This document shows positions 31,784-41,322 of a stretch of DNA of 64,000 bases, piece after piece (position 1 is the stretch's first letter; every line of letters begins with the position of its first letter). The stretch comes from Escherichia phage myPSH2311, in sequence record MG976803.1; one strand, 5' to 3'. The translations under genes and the position numbers were made by a program. The notes beneath the pieces were generated by a model. The model was not told where the DNA came from, did no database searches, and saw only the letters and a list, made by a program, of their open reading frames with translations.

Positions 31784-33628
31784 TTAGTGCGTATGCATCC
31801 AGTTAAGTCCAATCTGACAATCAGAGGCCAGAGGACATTCCATATTCAAATACTCACCAGCCTTCTTAACACAAAGCTCGGTGTGCTCTTTGAGTTTCTG
31901 TACATCGTTACGATTAACTGAGAACTGGCCCTCGTCGTGCATATCAATTACCTTAGCACAACGAACTCCATCCTTCTCAATCCACTTGTTAAGGAACATC
32001 ATAGCGTATTTCATAACAACAGCACCAGCACATTGCAGGAGAGTGTTAAGTGCTTTATGAACCATAACTTTACCAGTGGCATCTCGTCTCATTGTAATCT
32101 TACGACCATCAACACCAATCAAGTATCCTTGAGCAGCTTTCTCTGTCATACGATCAATGAGGATTGCAATACATGGGTTCTCTGCCAAGAAACGTGCTCG
32201 CATCACTGAACCTTCGTCAGCCCCACCACCTACAATTGAGCCAAGCTTAGCGTCGCCAGCACCGTAGTTGAATGCATAGATAAACGTTTTAGCATTGTCA
32301 CGAGTAGGAAGACCAGCAAGTTTCTGGTTGTGGGAGTGGATATCACCTTCAAGGAGAATATCACGATACATAATAGCAGAAGCTAAACCACGTTCTGCCA
32401 GAGCTTTCTTAGCTGGGTTGTTCTCTTCGATTGCCTCAGCAAGCATATCCCTACACTCTTTAATGAGGTAGTGAGCTAGCATACGAAGTTCAAGTCCAGA
32501 ACCATCATACCCTAAGAATACTTCTTTGCCAGCGGGTATGTAATATTTGTAAGCACCTATAGGTTTGTCTTTCTTCCCCGGCTTACCTTTCTCGTAAATT
32601 ACGTTAGTACCTTTTCGTATATAACAACCATCAGGAACAACGTTAGTAATAACGAAAGGATGAGAATGATCACTGTCTGAGTTATAGTCAGACTCAAACA
32701 AACTGCGGCACTCGTGACCAAACAAACCACGGGAGGGAATATTAACCACGATACGATGTTTGAATCGAAAAGTCGGCGTAGCGCAGCTGTTAGCTTCTGC
32801 CGAAAGTTTACCATCTTCGCGCTCCTTTGCTATGAGTCCACTGATAAGACCTAGCCTGTGAGCCGCTACAACGCGTCTCTTAAGCAAACTTCCGACACTC
32901 CCTAGCTCACCCCCTAACCCTTCTTCAAGGGTCTCCTCGAGGTTTGTAGGAGCTGTAGGCCACTTGTTTGATGTGGCTAGTGCTTTCTTAATCTCATCAA
33001 ACGTTACAGGATTACGGCGATTAGGGTTTAATCCCAAACCAAATACGTAAGCCTTCATATAATTCTTAGTTTTAAACCTGAAATGCTTTTCTAAGAACTT
33101 CTTAATATCAGCGTCAACCATCTCGGCTGTCTGCTTCTGCTTAGCATTGCCTCGCATCCAAGCAGTATACCATGCTTGGTACGTTCCATACTTTCTCATA
33201 TCTTTCTTGATTTCGAAAGTATTCCAAGGCTTCTTAGATACGTTAAACTCTGGAGGAAGAAATCCCTCATCCATAAGAGCTTCTTTAACTCGTGCATCTT
33301 TCGATGGGTCAAAGTCTACGTATTCGACACAGGTGAAAGCTCCACCAATGTCTTCCCTCTTCAGCCCAACCCTATCACAATAGGCTTGAGGCCACTTCTG
33401 TAAAGCTCCAGACTTCTTAAACGGCTTCATATAAGTAGAGCCATCTAATCTCATCTTAGGTAAGAGAGGAATCAGTTCTTTGTCAATATTAACAATAATC
33501 TCTTTAAGGAGGTGAACATACCACCGAGCATTTCTTCGGTTGAAACTCACTCCGTGCTTTGCTTGCTTAGAGATTATATCAGCGACAGTCATCTCTGTCA
33601 AAAATGGAAGAGCGTCCGGGTTGCTCAC
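31784..33628 (-). CDS. DNA polymerase, family A (polymerase domain only)
   Basis: Motif A GYDGSGLELRMLAH, motif B RDNAKTFIYAFNYGAG, motif C VIDMHDEGQF. Confidence 0.85.
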   Translation of the reverse strand: MSNPDALPFLTEMTVADIISKQAKHGVSFNRRNARWYVHLLKEIIVNIDKELIPLLPKMRLDGSTYMKPFKKSGALQKWPQAYCDRVGLKREDIGGAFTCVEYVDFDPSKDARVKEALMDEGFLPPEFNVSKKPWNTFEIKKDMRKYGTYQAWYTAWMRGNAKQKQTAEMVDADIKKFLEKHFRFKTKNYMKAYVFGLGLNPNRRNPVTFDEIKKALATSNKWPTAPTNLEETLEEGLGGELGSVGSLLKRRVVAAHRLGLISGLIAKEREDGKLSAEANSCATPTFRFKHRIVVNIPSRGLFGHECRSLFESDYNSDSDHSHPFVITNVVPDGCYIRKGTNVIYEKGKPGKKDKPIGAYKYYIPAGKEVFLGYDGSGLELRMLAHYLIKECRDMLAEAIEENNPAKKALAERGLASAIMYRDILLEGDIHSHNQKLAGLPTRDNAKTFIYAFNYGAGDAKLGSIVGGGADEGSVMRARFLAENPCIAILIDRMTEKAAQGYLIGVDGRKITMRRDATGKVMVHKALNTLLQCAGAVVMKYAMMFLNKWIEKDGVRCAKVIDMHDEGQFSVNRNDVQKLKEHTELCVKKAGEYLNMECPLASDCQIGLNWMHTH

Positions 33629-33644
33629 TTTATACTCCTTTAAA

Positions 33645-34067
33645 TTATTGGTAAAGTAAATCTGTAAATGCTTGGTTATCTTCTACTACATTCAGCATGG
33701 TTGCTTCATCACTATAAGCCCTAACTGTCCCGTTGACAACTGTCCAAGGAGGGGGCGGAGGTGGTGTATGTGTAGCTCTGGCTTCACGAGGTTGTTCTCG
33801 TACCAGATGAGCCACAACCCTCTGATTAGCAACTTCTTCTCTTTCTCTAATAGCTCTCTGAATGTAGGCCAGCTTCATACCCCAAGCTTCTTCAAACTCT
33901 TGAGGGTGTTTATCACTGATAACCACATACTGACGTTCAGGAATACCAGAGCGAATCTCTGATAATAATTCATGGAACAAATCTAGTTCATGTTCAGTGA
34001 GATTCATTTCGATATCATCCCACTTGAGAACTAAGAAACGGTTTTGGTGTCTAGCTGGTAATGGCAT
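33645..34067 (-). CDS. Hypothetical protein
   Basis: 140-aa ORF directly upstream of polymerase. Confidence 0.3.
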   Translation of the reverse strand: MPLPARHQNRFLVLKWDDIEMNLTEHELDLFHELLSEIRSGIPERQYVVISDKHPQEFEEAWGMKLAYIQRAIREREEVANQRVVAHLVREQPREARATHTPPPPPPWTVVNGTVRAYSDEATMLNVVEDNQAFTDLLYQ

Positions 34068-34230
34068 CCTACTCCACCTCTACTTCAATGTAAGTTCTCT
34101 CACCGACGTCATCTTTTAAGACCCATGACTTGGCATCTTCTTCAGACTTAAAAGCTTTCACAACGCTGTAACCACCTTCCCATTCATCACCGAACCAGCG
34201 CTGTCCTACGTAAATGTATTCTTTCATTAC

Positions 34231-34771
34231 TCAACCTTTTGGGAATGGCATCAAAAATTCCATAGCAGATTTAATCTCATTATTGATTCGTGAATCACGA
34301 TAAGAGATAAACTTACCTTTGCTATCACGTAACATCACATGGGTTCTGGCTGTTTTGTGAGGGAGCAATGTGATACTAGTTGGAATAGCATCAATCCCTA
34401 CAGCGTATTTGTCAATAGTCTTACTTTCAGCCAACAGATAAGACCAAGTACGCGGTTTCTGCTCCGGGCGGTTAGGGTATGTGTCCCGAATTTGAACCAT
34501 AGCTAACTTATTCATATTAAACTCCTTTAGGGAATGGGATGAGATTTTCTACTGCAACACGGAAAGATTTTTCTACGTTCTTATTCTTATAAGAGATAAA
34601 TTTTCCATCAGCTCCTCGAAGGAGTACGTTAGTGCGAGCTGTATTTGGGTTTTGTTGAATCATAGAACGAATGATGTTCTCTGAACCTCTATGCTTATTG
34701 GTGAATTTCCAACTGATAGTTTTACCGGTACGAGTTACATCAATGATATTTACGATTTTTACAATAGACAT
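34231..34771 (-). CDS. Two tandem paralogous small proteins (34517-34771 and 34231-34515)
   Basis: Both ~90 aa with shared ...R(T)xV(M/L)LR...GKFISY...PFPKG pattern. Confidence 0.35.
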
Positions 34772-35144
34772 ATTTATTACCTAAGAAGTTTAATTTGGTT
34801 TATATAAAAGAAAAGGCCACCTGATTAGGCAGCCTTTGTTCTAGAGACGAAGCCAAGTTTGATAGTCAGCTTCAGTGTAATGGTTGTTTCGAGAGTTGTT
34901 TTTCATTTCCTTGAGAGTAGCTCTCAGGTCAATGTTATGCTCTCTCCTTGTTCTATTCGGGTCTGTATCTTCTAATAGATGGGAGTGATCACTACAAGAG
35001 TAGTGCTTATAGTGGTCCCTGTATCCTCTACTTGGAGAATACTTGGTCATTAAAGTTGCAACTCTTTTTACACCCTCTGCTTTACAGAATTTACAATAAG
35101 TGTGAATTGTACATCTTTTTGTTTCTGCTGACACTATAACCTCT

Positions 35145-36128
35145 TTATGAGCTTAAAGCTCCTTTGCGTGCTCCAGCTGCTTTTCCAGCTCGATCACCAC
35201 TTTTGCCGCCGTTTGAACGGTTTGAGCTGACTGATTCAACACGTAAGTTGCTTGACGCATTAGAGCCTCCAGACTTGACAGCTCGTTTGTGTCCAACGTC
35301 TTTACCTCTGACAGCAGCTTTTCCATCGCGCTTTTCAACGATGCGACGTGCACGGTGGCGCTGAGCATCTCCGCTCTTGCTCCCAATTCCCGTTTCACCG
35401 CGCTTGATCGCAGTCCTTCTTTCTTGTGCATAATCTCTCTTTCCTACATGATCTGCCATTAGATTTCTCCTGTTGGGCAATGACGTTAAACGCCCGTTGT
35501 GGCCCAAAATTGGCGCCCAAAATTGGGGCTTAATGCGTGCGTAATTTTTGGGCCAAATTAAGGCCGTATATAATAACAGCTGAGAGGTTTCTCCCAATCG
35601 AGTCATGATTGAGAAGGCTTCATCTTTAGTGGTGTTCTGGAACTCATCAACAATAACAATAGCATCATTGAAAGAACGACCACGGAGATATTCCAGAGGT
35701 ACAAACTCAATGTTACCATTTCCGATTTGGCATTCATAGAATCCCTTACCATATCGCTGAGTAATAACATCAATGATAGGCATCAGGTAAGGTTCAAACT
35801 TCTCACGCATTCCTCCCGGAAGTAACCCAAGAGAGTTGCCCATGCCGACAGAAGGGCGACTCAGAATGATCTTCTGAATCTTACCGCTCTTCAGTGCATC
35901 AATAACTGTGGAAGTGATTACAAAGGTCTTACCACAGCCCGCAGGAGCGTCTGTGAACACAACTTGTTTAGTCTTAATAGCATTGAGTAGCTCAGACTGA
36001 AACTGGTTCTGAGGGACTACAGGCTTTGCTAAAACCACCTCTTCATACTCTCGCTTACCTTTACGAGTAACAAGTGCTTCCCGACGAAGGTCTTTCCGTG
36101 ATTCTTTCCGTGATTGACGACGACTCAT
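35145..36128 (-). CDS. phoH: PhoH-like ATPase, reading frame runs through a GC-rich insert after the DEFQN motif
   Basis: Walker A APAGCGKT; DEFQNTT...TRLG; downstream translation (LLLYTALIWPKNYARIKPQFW...) is insert-encoded. Confidence 0.5.
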   Translation of the reverse strand: MSRRQSRKESRKDLRREALVTRKGKREYEEVVLAKPVVPQNQFQSELLNAIKTKQVVFTDAPAGCGKTFVITSTVIDALKSGKIQKIILSRPSVGMGNSLGLLPGGMREKFEPYLMPIIDVITQRYGKGFYECQIGNGNIEFVPLEYLRGRSFNDAIVIVDEFQNTTKDEAFSIMTRLGETSQLLLYTALIWPKNYARIKPQFWAPILGHNGRLTSLPNRRNLMADHVGKRDYAQERRTAIKRGETGIGSKSGDAQRHRARRIVEKRDGKAAVRGKDVGHKRAVKSGGSNASSNLRVESVSSNRSNGGKSGDRAGKAAGARKGALSS

Positions 36129-37038
36129 TTACGCTCTCCAATTTCTTCGTAATGACACTCAGTAGTTAAGCAGTCTTTACAGATTGCTGTATAAACCCTG
36201 ACGTTAGTAAATCGTTTGTTCTTCCCTTTGGTTGGAGAGCCTTTGGCAAGCTCTCTGATAACCTTGTTACTTAAATGAAGGTTTGTTCCTTCACATTTAG
36301 AGCACTTCATGGTTCATATCTTTATGAATCCTGTAAACAGCTGTCGCCATACAAGCAACAGCCTCGTTGTGTGGGAGGTGCATCCCTGTAGAACCATCCC
36401 AATCTTTGAACTCATTGTCAAAGACTCCGGTAGGCTCTGGATATAGAGCTTGCAGCTCCACTAGATCATTAGCAACTTGTTGCCATTTATCATCAGACCA
36501 GATAGGGTCATCCAACCAGTAATACAAATAGGAATGGATGATCAATTGCCTTCTATGCCGATTGATTACTTCAGCGGGACTTATCTCACTTCCATTTGAA
36601 GTCCTAAATGTATTACTGTCAATCATTTCACAACCTTAAATTTGAATGTTGTTGGGTGATAATAATGCAACCTATTGATAGTGTGCTTTGTTTCGAGATA
36701 TATCCTGCAAGAGTGGCACATGACATGGGTCAGACCAGTTACAGGGTTAGGTTTGAAGTTGGCGACAGGCTTCTCTTTCTTACAGAAGCTACAGACTTTC
36801 TTTTCCATCTTTTCTCCAGTGGTCAACGAATTGCTGAAACACCTTATGGTCGAATGTGAAACCACGAGCAATCCCACACTCTACGAAAGTAGAAGGCATA
36901 TAGTCTACATCATCTTTAGACGTATGACCATAAACTTGAATAAGCTTTTTAATCTTATCCTTCTCTCTTCGAGGAAGCATCCTAAATGCCTCCTGAATAT
37001 CTGTAATATGTTTGATTTTCATCAGAAAGCCTCTGATA

Positions 37039-37383
37039 TTAACTCTCCAAAGTTTTCTTCAGAGCTGCCCATGAGATTGGGTAGAGCTTAGCCATCTCTT
37101 CATCTACGGATTTAGCAAACACTCGAACTTCATATTGAGCGTGAGATGAGAGTCGCTGACGACACAACTCAAACCAGCCATACAAAGAACCAGTCCACAC
37201 CCACTCAGTGATCATCCCCTGAGGAAGAACAAATCGAGCTTGCTCTGGTGCAATAAATTCAATCAACTTGTCATATGTTGCTAGAGAAGCTTCATATGCA
37301 TCGTTAATCAACATTAATGCTTCAGCTCGTTCTCCGTCGATGAGTTGAATCCCTGAACCTGCATGGTTTGCCCAAAATGGCAT
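37039..37383 (-). CDS. thyX: ThyX, C-terminal half
   Basis: PEQARFVLPQGMITEWVWTGSLYGWFELCRQRLSSHAQYEVR matches ThyX C-terminal helical region. Confidence 0.55.
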   Translation of the reverse strand: MPFWANHAGSGIQLIDGERAEALMLINDAYEASLATYDKLIEFIAPEQARFVLPQGMITEWVWTGSLYGWFELCRQRLSSHAQYEVRVFAKSVDEEMAKLYPISWAALKKTLES

Positions 37384-37451
37384 TGGCGCTATAGCATGGG
37401 GCTTTTTAAATGGCCCCGCGGGTTAATGCTAATGGCGGATTTTGGCCACGG
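37384..37451. other. GC-rich insert splitting thyX into two ORFs in different frames
   Basis: 68 bp between the two ThyX ORFs; composition unlike flanking coding sequence. Confidence 0.55.
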
Positions 37452-37757
37452 TTATGCATGCGTAGGGAGTTCAACTGCTCCATCTTTATACCGCCGGGAC
37501 ATTTCGTTCCACGAGAATCCAACCTGATGCTTGCCCAGCTGTCTCGCAATTGCGATAGGTGCTTTGCATCGGAAACTGACTTGCGGGTGTCGGAATGGAG
37601 TACAGTGTTTTTCCCGTGCAAGGAAGTTGATAAGTTTTGTGTCTCTCTCATTTAAGTCACCTTCTCGAACAACACCGAAAGATACTCTAGCTGCATTGAC
37701 TACAGATTTGTCACTACCCATTGCTTCAATCAGTGTTGCTTGTAGTTGTTCGTTCAA
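37452..37757 (-). CDS. thyX: Flavin-dependent thymidylate synthase ThyX, N-terminal half (gene split)
   Basis: AARVSF...TPFRHPQVSFRCKAPIAIARQ...S(11)...SRRY ThyX-like pattern; ends shortly after SRRY. Confidence 0.55.
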   Translation of the reverse strand: MNEQLQATLIEAMGSDKSVVNAARVSFGVVREGDLNERDTKLINFLAREKHCTPFRHPQVSFRCKAPIAIARQLGKHQVGFSWNEMSRRYKDGAVELPTHA

Positions 37758-38196
37758 TTAAAAGTTCCTTTTTTCGATTCATGTAAACTTGATGAGCTTC
37801 TTCGGCAGTTCCATACATACCTAGATGTATATCTACTTTATCAATACAAATAACAGCCCTATATCTAATAGTCCCTGATTTATATTTGACAACCTTAACA
37901 CCTTGAAGCCCTGTTTCCTTGTTTGATACCCTAGCCCCGAACTGGTTGTGGCAGTTTGTCGAGGTGTCCACCAATCTCAAGTTCTGTATTGAGTTGTTCT
38001 TCTTATTTCTATCGATATGGTCTATCTGAGAAGAAGGCCACTCTCCATAGTAAAAGAACCATGCCACTTTATGAGCTTTGTGTACTTTCCCTTTAAACCG
38101 CAGGGTTATGTACTTACTTCGAGTTCCTCCTAATTTCTTACCTTTTCGAAAGAACTCTCCAGTCTCAGGGATATACTCTAAATCATCGATTAACAT
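37726..38196 (-). CDS. HNH homing-endonuclease-like protein
   Basis: KVHKAHKVAWFFYYGEWPSSQIDHIDRNKKNNSIQNLRLV...NCHNQ HNH-type motif. Confidence 0.55.
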   Translation of the reverse strand: MLIDDLEYIPETGEFFRKGKKLGGTRSKYITLRFKGKVHKAHKVAWFFYYGEWPSSQIDHIDRNKKNNSIQNLRLVDTSTNCHNQFGARVSNKETGLQGVKVVKYKSGTIRYRAVICIDKVDIHLGMYGTAEEAHQVYMNRKKELLIERTTTSNTD

Positions 38197-38461
38197 TCAG
38201 AGCTGTATCTAAAAATGCTTTCAGGTTTGCTTCAGTCTGCATACCAGAGAGGCTGTAGTGTGCACCACTGTTACGGTCAGGCACAACGAAAGCAGGGATA
38301 CTTCGTACACCATACTTAACAGCTTGTTCACGACCATCACCTTCAAGGATGTTAATCTCTTCCACTTCTACATCAAACTCCTTAACAACCTTCTCAAAGG
38401 TAGGAGCCATTGCTTTACATGGAGCACACTGATCACTATAAAACTTAATTACTTTAGACAT
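38183..38461 (-). CDS. Thioredoxin/glutaredoxin-like protein
   Basis: CAPC active-site motif in a ~90-aa protein. Confidence 0.55.
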   Translation of the reverse strand: MSKVIKFYSDQCAPCKAMAPTFEKVVKEFDVEVEEINILEGDGREQAVKYGVRSIPAFVVPDRNSGAHYSLSGMQTEANLKAFLDTALNVNR

Positions 38462-38710
38462 GTAAATCCTTATGCAGTCAGGAGGTGAAGCAGGAACGGG
38501 ATAACAACAGCTACGATAACCATGATAGTTGATGCTGTTTGAATCTCACCTTTCTTATCAGGAGTTTCTTCAATAAGCTTACCAGAAGCCCAATAAATAC
38601 CACCACCAATAAAGATAGCCCAAATACCCCATACGATTGCTGATAACATATATCTATATCCTTATAAATAAGTTCGCCCCACCTCGGGTTAGGAGACAGG
38701 GCGGAGGTTT

Positions 38711-39322
38711 TTAGTAAGACACGTCACCACTTGAATGGGACATGTTGCTCTTGACGAAGTAGCAATACTTGCCAAGACCTTCATTAATTTCTTGAAGCAT
38801 ACTCTGATCGACAGGGTAGGATGCTAAATCGCCATCAAACTCATCCATCTTCTCAATAATACACATCAAGGTCATGCACATATCAGAGAGCATACCGTCC
38901 ATGTCTAGATCAGCATTACCCTCTGAGAACCAGGCATGGGAGAGGTAGTTAGCCGCTGTAGCATCCACCTTAACGCAGTGGTATCGCATACGCTCAGCAA
39001 TACGATCTCCTACCTGTCGTGCGTAATCTTCCAGCTCGTCAAACATACCATGAACACCCTGAAATCCTGCACCAGAGACATTCCAGTGGTAGTTTTTAGC
39101 TTTGATATGCAAGAGTTCCATGTTAGCTTGTAAGCAGCTCAGGATGTGTTCTAGGCTGTTTGCACTAATCATGCCTTGCATTGTTTCAAGGCGAGAGATT
39201 GAAAGCTCAGACCGGTCTAACATACTATAACTGTCACGACCAATCTCAGGTAAATCAAAAACATTCTTATGCATTTGGGTTTTCTCCATCAAGTTCAACT
39301 GAGTTAGCAACATTACGTGCAA
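38711..39322 (-). CDS. Dps/ferritin-like protein
   Basis: KNYHWNVSGAGFQGVHGMFDELEDYARQVGDRIAERMR resembles Dps ferroxidase-region pattern; assignment from memory. Confidence 0.45.
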   Translation of the reverse strand: MHVMLLTQLNLMEKTQMHKNVFDLPEIGRDSYSMLDRSELSISRLETMQGMISANSLEHILSCLQANMELLHIKAKNYHWNVSGAGFQGVHGMFDELEDYARQVGDRIAERMRYHCVKVDATAANYLSHAWFSEGNADLDMDGMLSDMCMTLMCIIEKMDEFDGDLASYPVDQSMLQEINEGLGKYCYFVKSNMSHSSGDVSY

Positions 39323-40135
39323 TATTATCCATTACCTGCTGGGTAATTACGATGCAGTTTAGGCATGGTAATGCGTTTAGGCGTCTTGGGGAGGTGCCCC
39401 CAGTTGCAAGCTGATGCTGCGGGTAAATTGGCGCCATGGGAAACGCGTTAATGCGTGCCTGATGTTATCTTTTCTCATGTGTTGCTCAAGATCCCAAACA
39501 ACATGAATAGCCCACATCTTTTTCATTAGTAATGTACCTTTCCGCTGATATAAACACGACCAGAAGAATACTCCTTGGCCTTATGGATGCTGATACTATT
39601 AACCACGTCACCAGTAAGCATAGTCTTTTTAAAATCTCGAGCTTGTTGACGAGTAGGGAGTGCAGTCATAGTCATACCACCTGATGCCCACTTAATCTTC
39701 GCTAACCAGAATTTTCTCATAGTGATTGGTCTCATTAGTAATAAACCTTACTGTTGACACAAAAAGCACCTTCACTATTCACGATAGCTTTTCCTAATGT
39801 AACCTTGTTAAGTCTAAAAGTAGACTTGTATTGGTTTTTGACCCTACGTGCGTGCTCTCGAGTATTAACAAAATCTACAGCTACTAACTCTCCAGTCGTG
39901 TTATCATGTACACGAACAATCCACTTTTTCATTTTACTAAACCCTTCATGTAGTCATAAAGATCATTAGAAGCTTTACCCCATTCAAGGTGCTTCTTATC
40001 CATATAACGCTTACAGACTTCTTTATTACCTTCATCACAAGTATCAAATCGATGACATGCCCGACCAAATACCATTGCTTTTAACTGAGCATCAGTAGTT
40101 AAATATTTAAGTTCTTGAAACTCTTCTTTATTCAT

Positions 40136-40669
40136 TTACACACCCTTAGATGCAACTACACCTTCAGAGTTATTATAACGACCCTTCACTGCATAGGAGT
40201 GTTCCCCTGCATGAGAGTGCTCAAACATGACCATCTGACCAACACGCATACCAGCACGAACTCGTAAGCTATGATGCTTGGTTACGTTATGGAATTCAAA
40301 TGTCAGCTTACTACTATTAAATCCTGCATCTGCCCAACCGGCGTGAAGGTGGTTCAAACCACAACGAGCCATAGACGAACGCAGAACAAACAGACTTGAG
40401 ATGTTATCTGGAAGATTAAACTCCTCCATAGAGTGAGCCAAGAAGAACTGACCCGGAGTGATAACCAAACCCTCTTCAGGAATCTTTACTTCCTTCCACT
40501 GAAGATTCTCTTTCGCATCAATATCAACGATGCCATCAGCCTGTTCTTCAACAAGGATAGTATCGCCAATACGAATATCCACACTAGCAGCGTTAACATA
40601 CTTATGCTCCGCATCCAGATAGCCATTGTCAATTACATCATGCAGTTCAACACTTCCTAGTAAACTCAT
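40136..40669 (-). CDS. dcd: dCTP deaminase/dUTPase-family protein
   Basis: 177 aa; beta-rich dUTPase-like sequence; RBS AAGGAG before ATG. Confidence 0.5.
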   Translation of the reverse strand: MSLLGSVELHDVIDNGYLDAEHKYVNAASVDIRIGDTILVEEQADGIVDIDAKENLQWKEVKIPEEGLVITPGQFFLAHSMEEFNLPDNISSLFVLRSSMARCGLNHLHAGWADAGFNSSKLTFEFHNVTKHHSLRVRAGMRVGQMVMFEHSHAGEHSYAVKGRYNNSEGVVASKGV

Positions 40670-40696
40670 TCTTGCTCCTTAGTTATTTGTTTCCAT

Positions 40697-40861
40697 TTAA
40701 GCGTGCATATTTTGGCTAATTTTTGGCGTAAAAGTTTTCGCCCAGTGCCTGATTGAACCGGGTCGTAATTATTGCCCGGGTAGTGTTTAAAATGGCGAGG
40801 AATTAACAGCTGAGTGTGGTGCATCAATAACACCATCATCAATTAATTTATGTAACTCTGG
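40697..40861. other. Insert upstream of dcd carrying a diverged duplicate of the dcd start region
   Basis: 45-bp near-identical repeat (40652-40696 vs 40862-40906, 2 mismatches) including RBS and ATG; copy at 40818-40908 encodes MSLLGSPELHKLIDDGVIDAPHSAVN vs MSLLGSVELHDVIDNGYLDAEHKYVN. Confidence 0.55.
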
Positions 40862-40888
40862 ACTTCCTAGTAAACTCATTCTTATTCC

Positions 40889-41266
40889 TTAGTTATTTGT
40901 TTCCATGTCAAAAGAGATTCCACGACCCGCTTCATCGGCAAACCGAACTGTACGGGTTTGAGGTTCTAATACTTCAGGGTTGTTAGCAATAAAGCGATCA
41001 GCGAGACTATCTCCCAAATCTTGTTCCATACCTTCATCAGTCCAGATAACACGAGAAGGGGCGTTGATATCACCAACAGCGAAACCCTGACCAGAGAACT
41101 GACGTGCGCTAACAGTTAAGCCGTTTGGTCGACCACGAGAGGGTCTAGCCATCCATCGCTCCATAGAATCACTTGTAATACCAAGAGCTTCTTCAAAAGA
41201 TGTTCTACGAGTAGGGCTTTCTCTTCGTGACTCTTGTGCTCGACGCATTGCAGGGGCTACAAACAC
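40889..41266 (-). CDS. Probable C-terminal part of the same nucleotidyltransferase, separated by a GC-rich insert
   Basis: Adjacent same-strand ORF after insert 41245-41375; combined length ~430 aa fits family. Confidence 0.35.
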   Translation of the reverse strand: MFVAPAMRRAQESRRESPTRRTSFEEALGITSDSMERWMARPSRGRPNGLTVSARQFSGQGFAVGDINAPSRVIWTDEGMEQDLGDSLADRFIANNPEVLEPQTRTVRFADEAGRGISFDMETNN

Positions 41267-41322
41267 CCCTTCAATTGCAAATTGGCGCCCAATTTGGCAA
41301 TGATTTGCCCCGTTTGTTAAGC

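Noticed and set aside
31937-33403. Plus-strand ORFs inside the polymerase gene (31937-32209, 33147-33383, 33176-33403) and similar antisense ORFs elsewhere
   Set aside because: They lie antisense within strongly supported minus-strand genes, lack RBS and have atypical composition; likely spurious.
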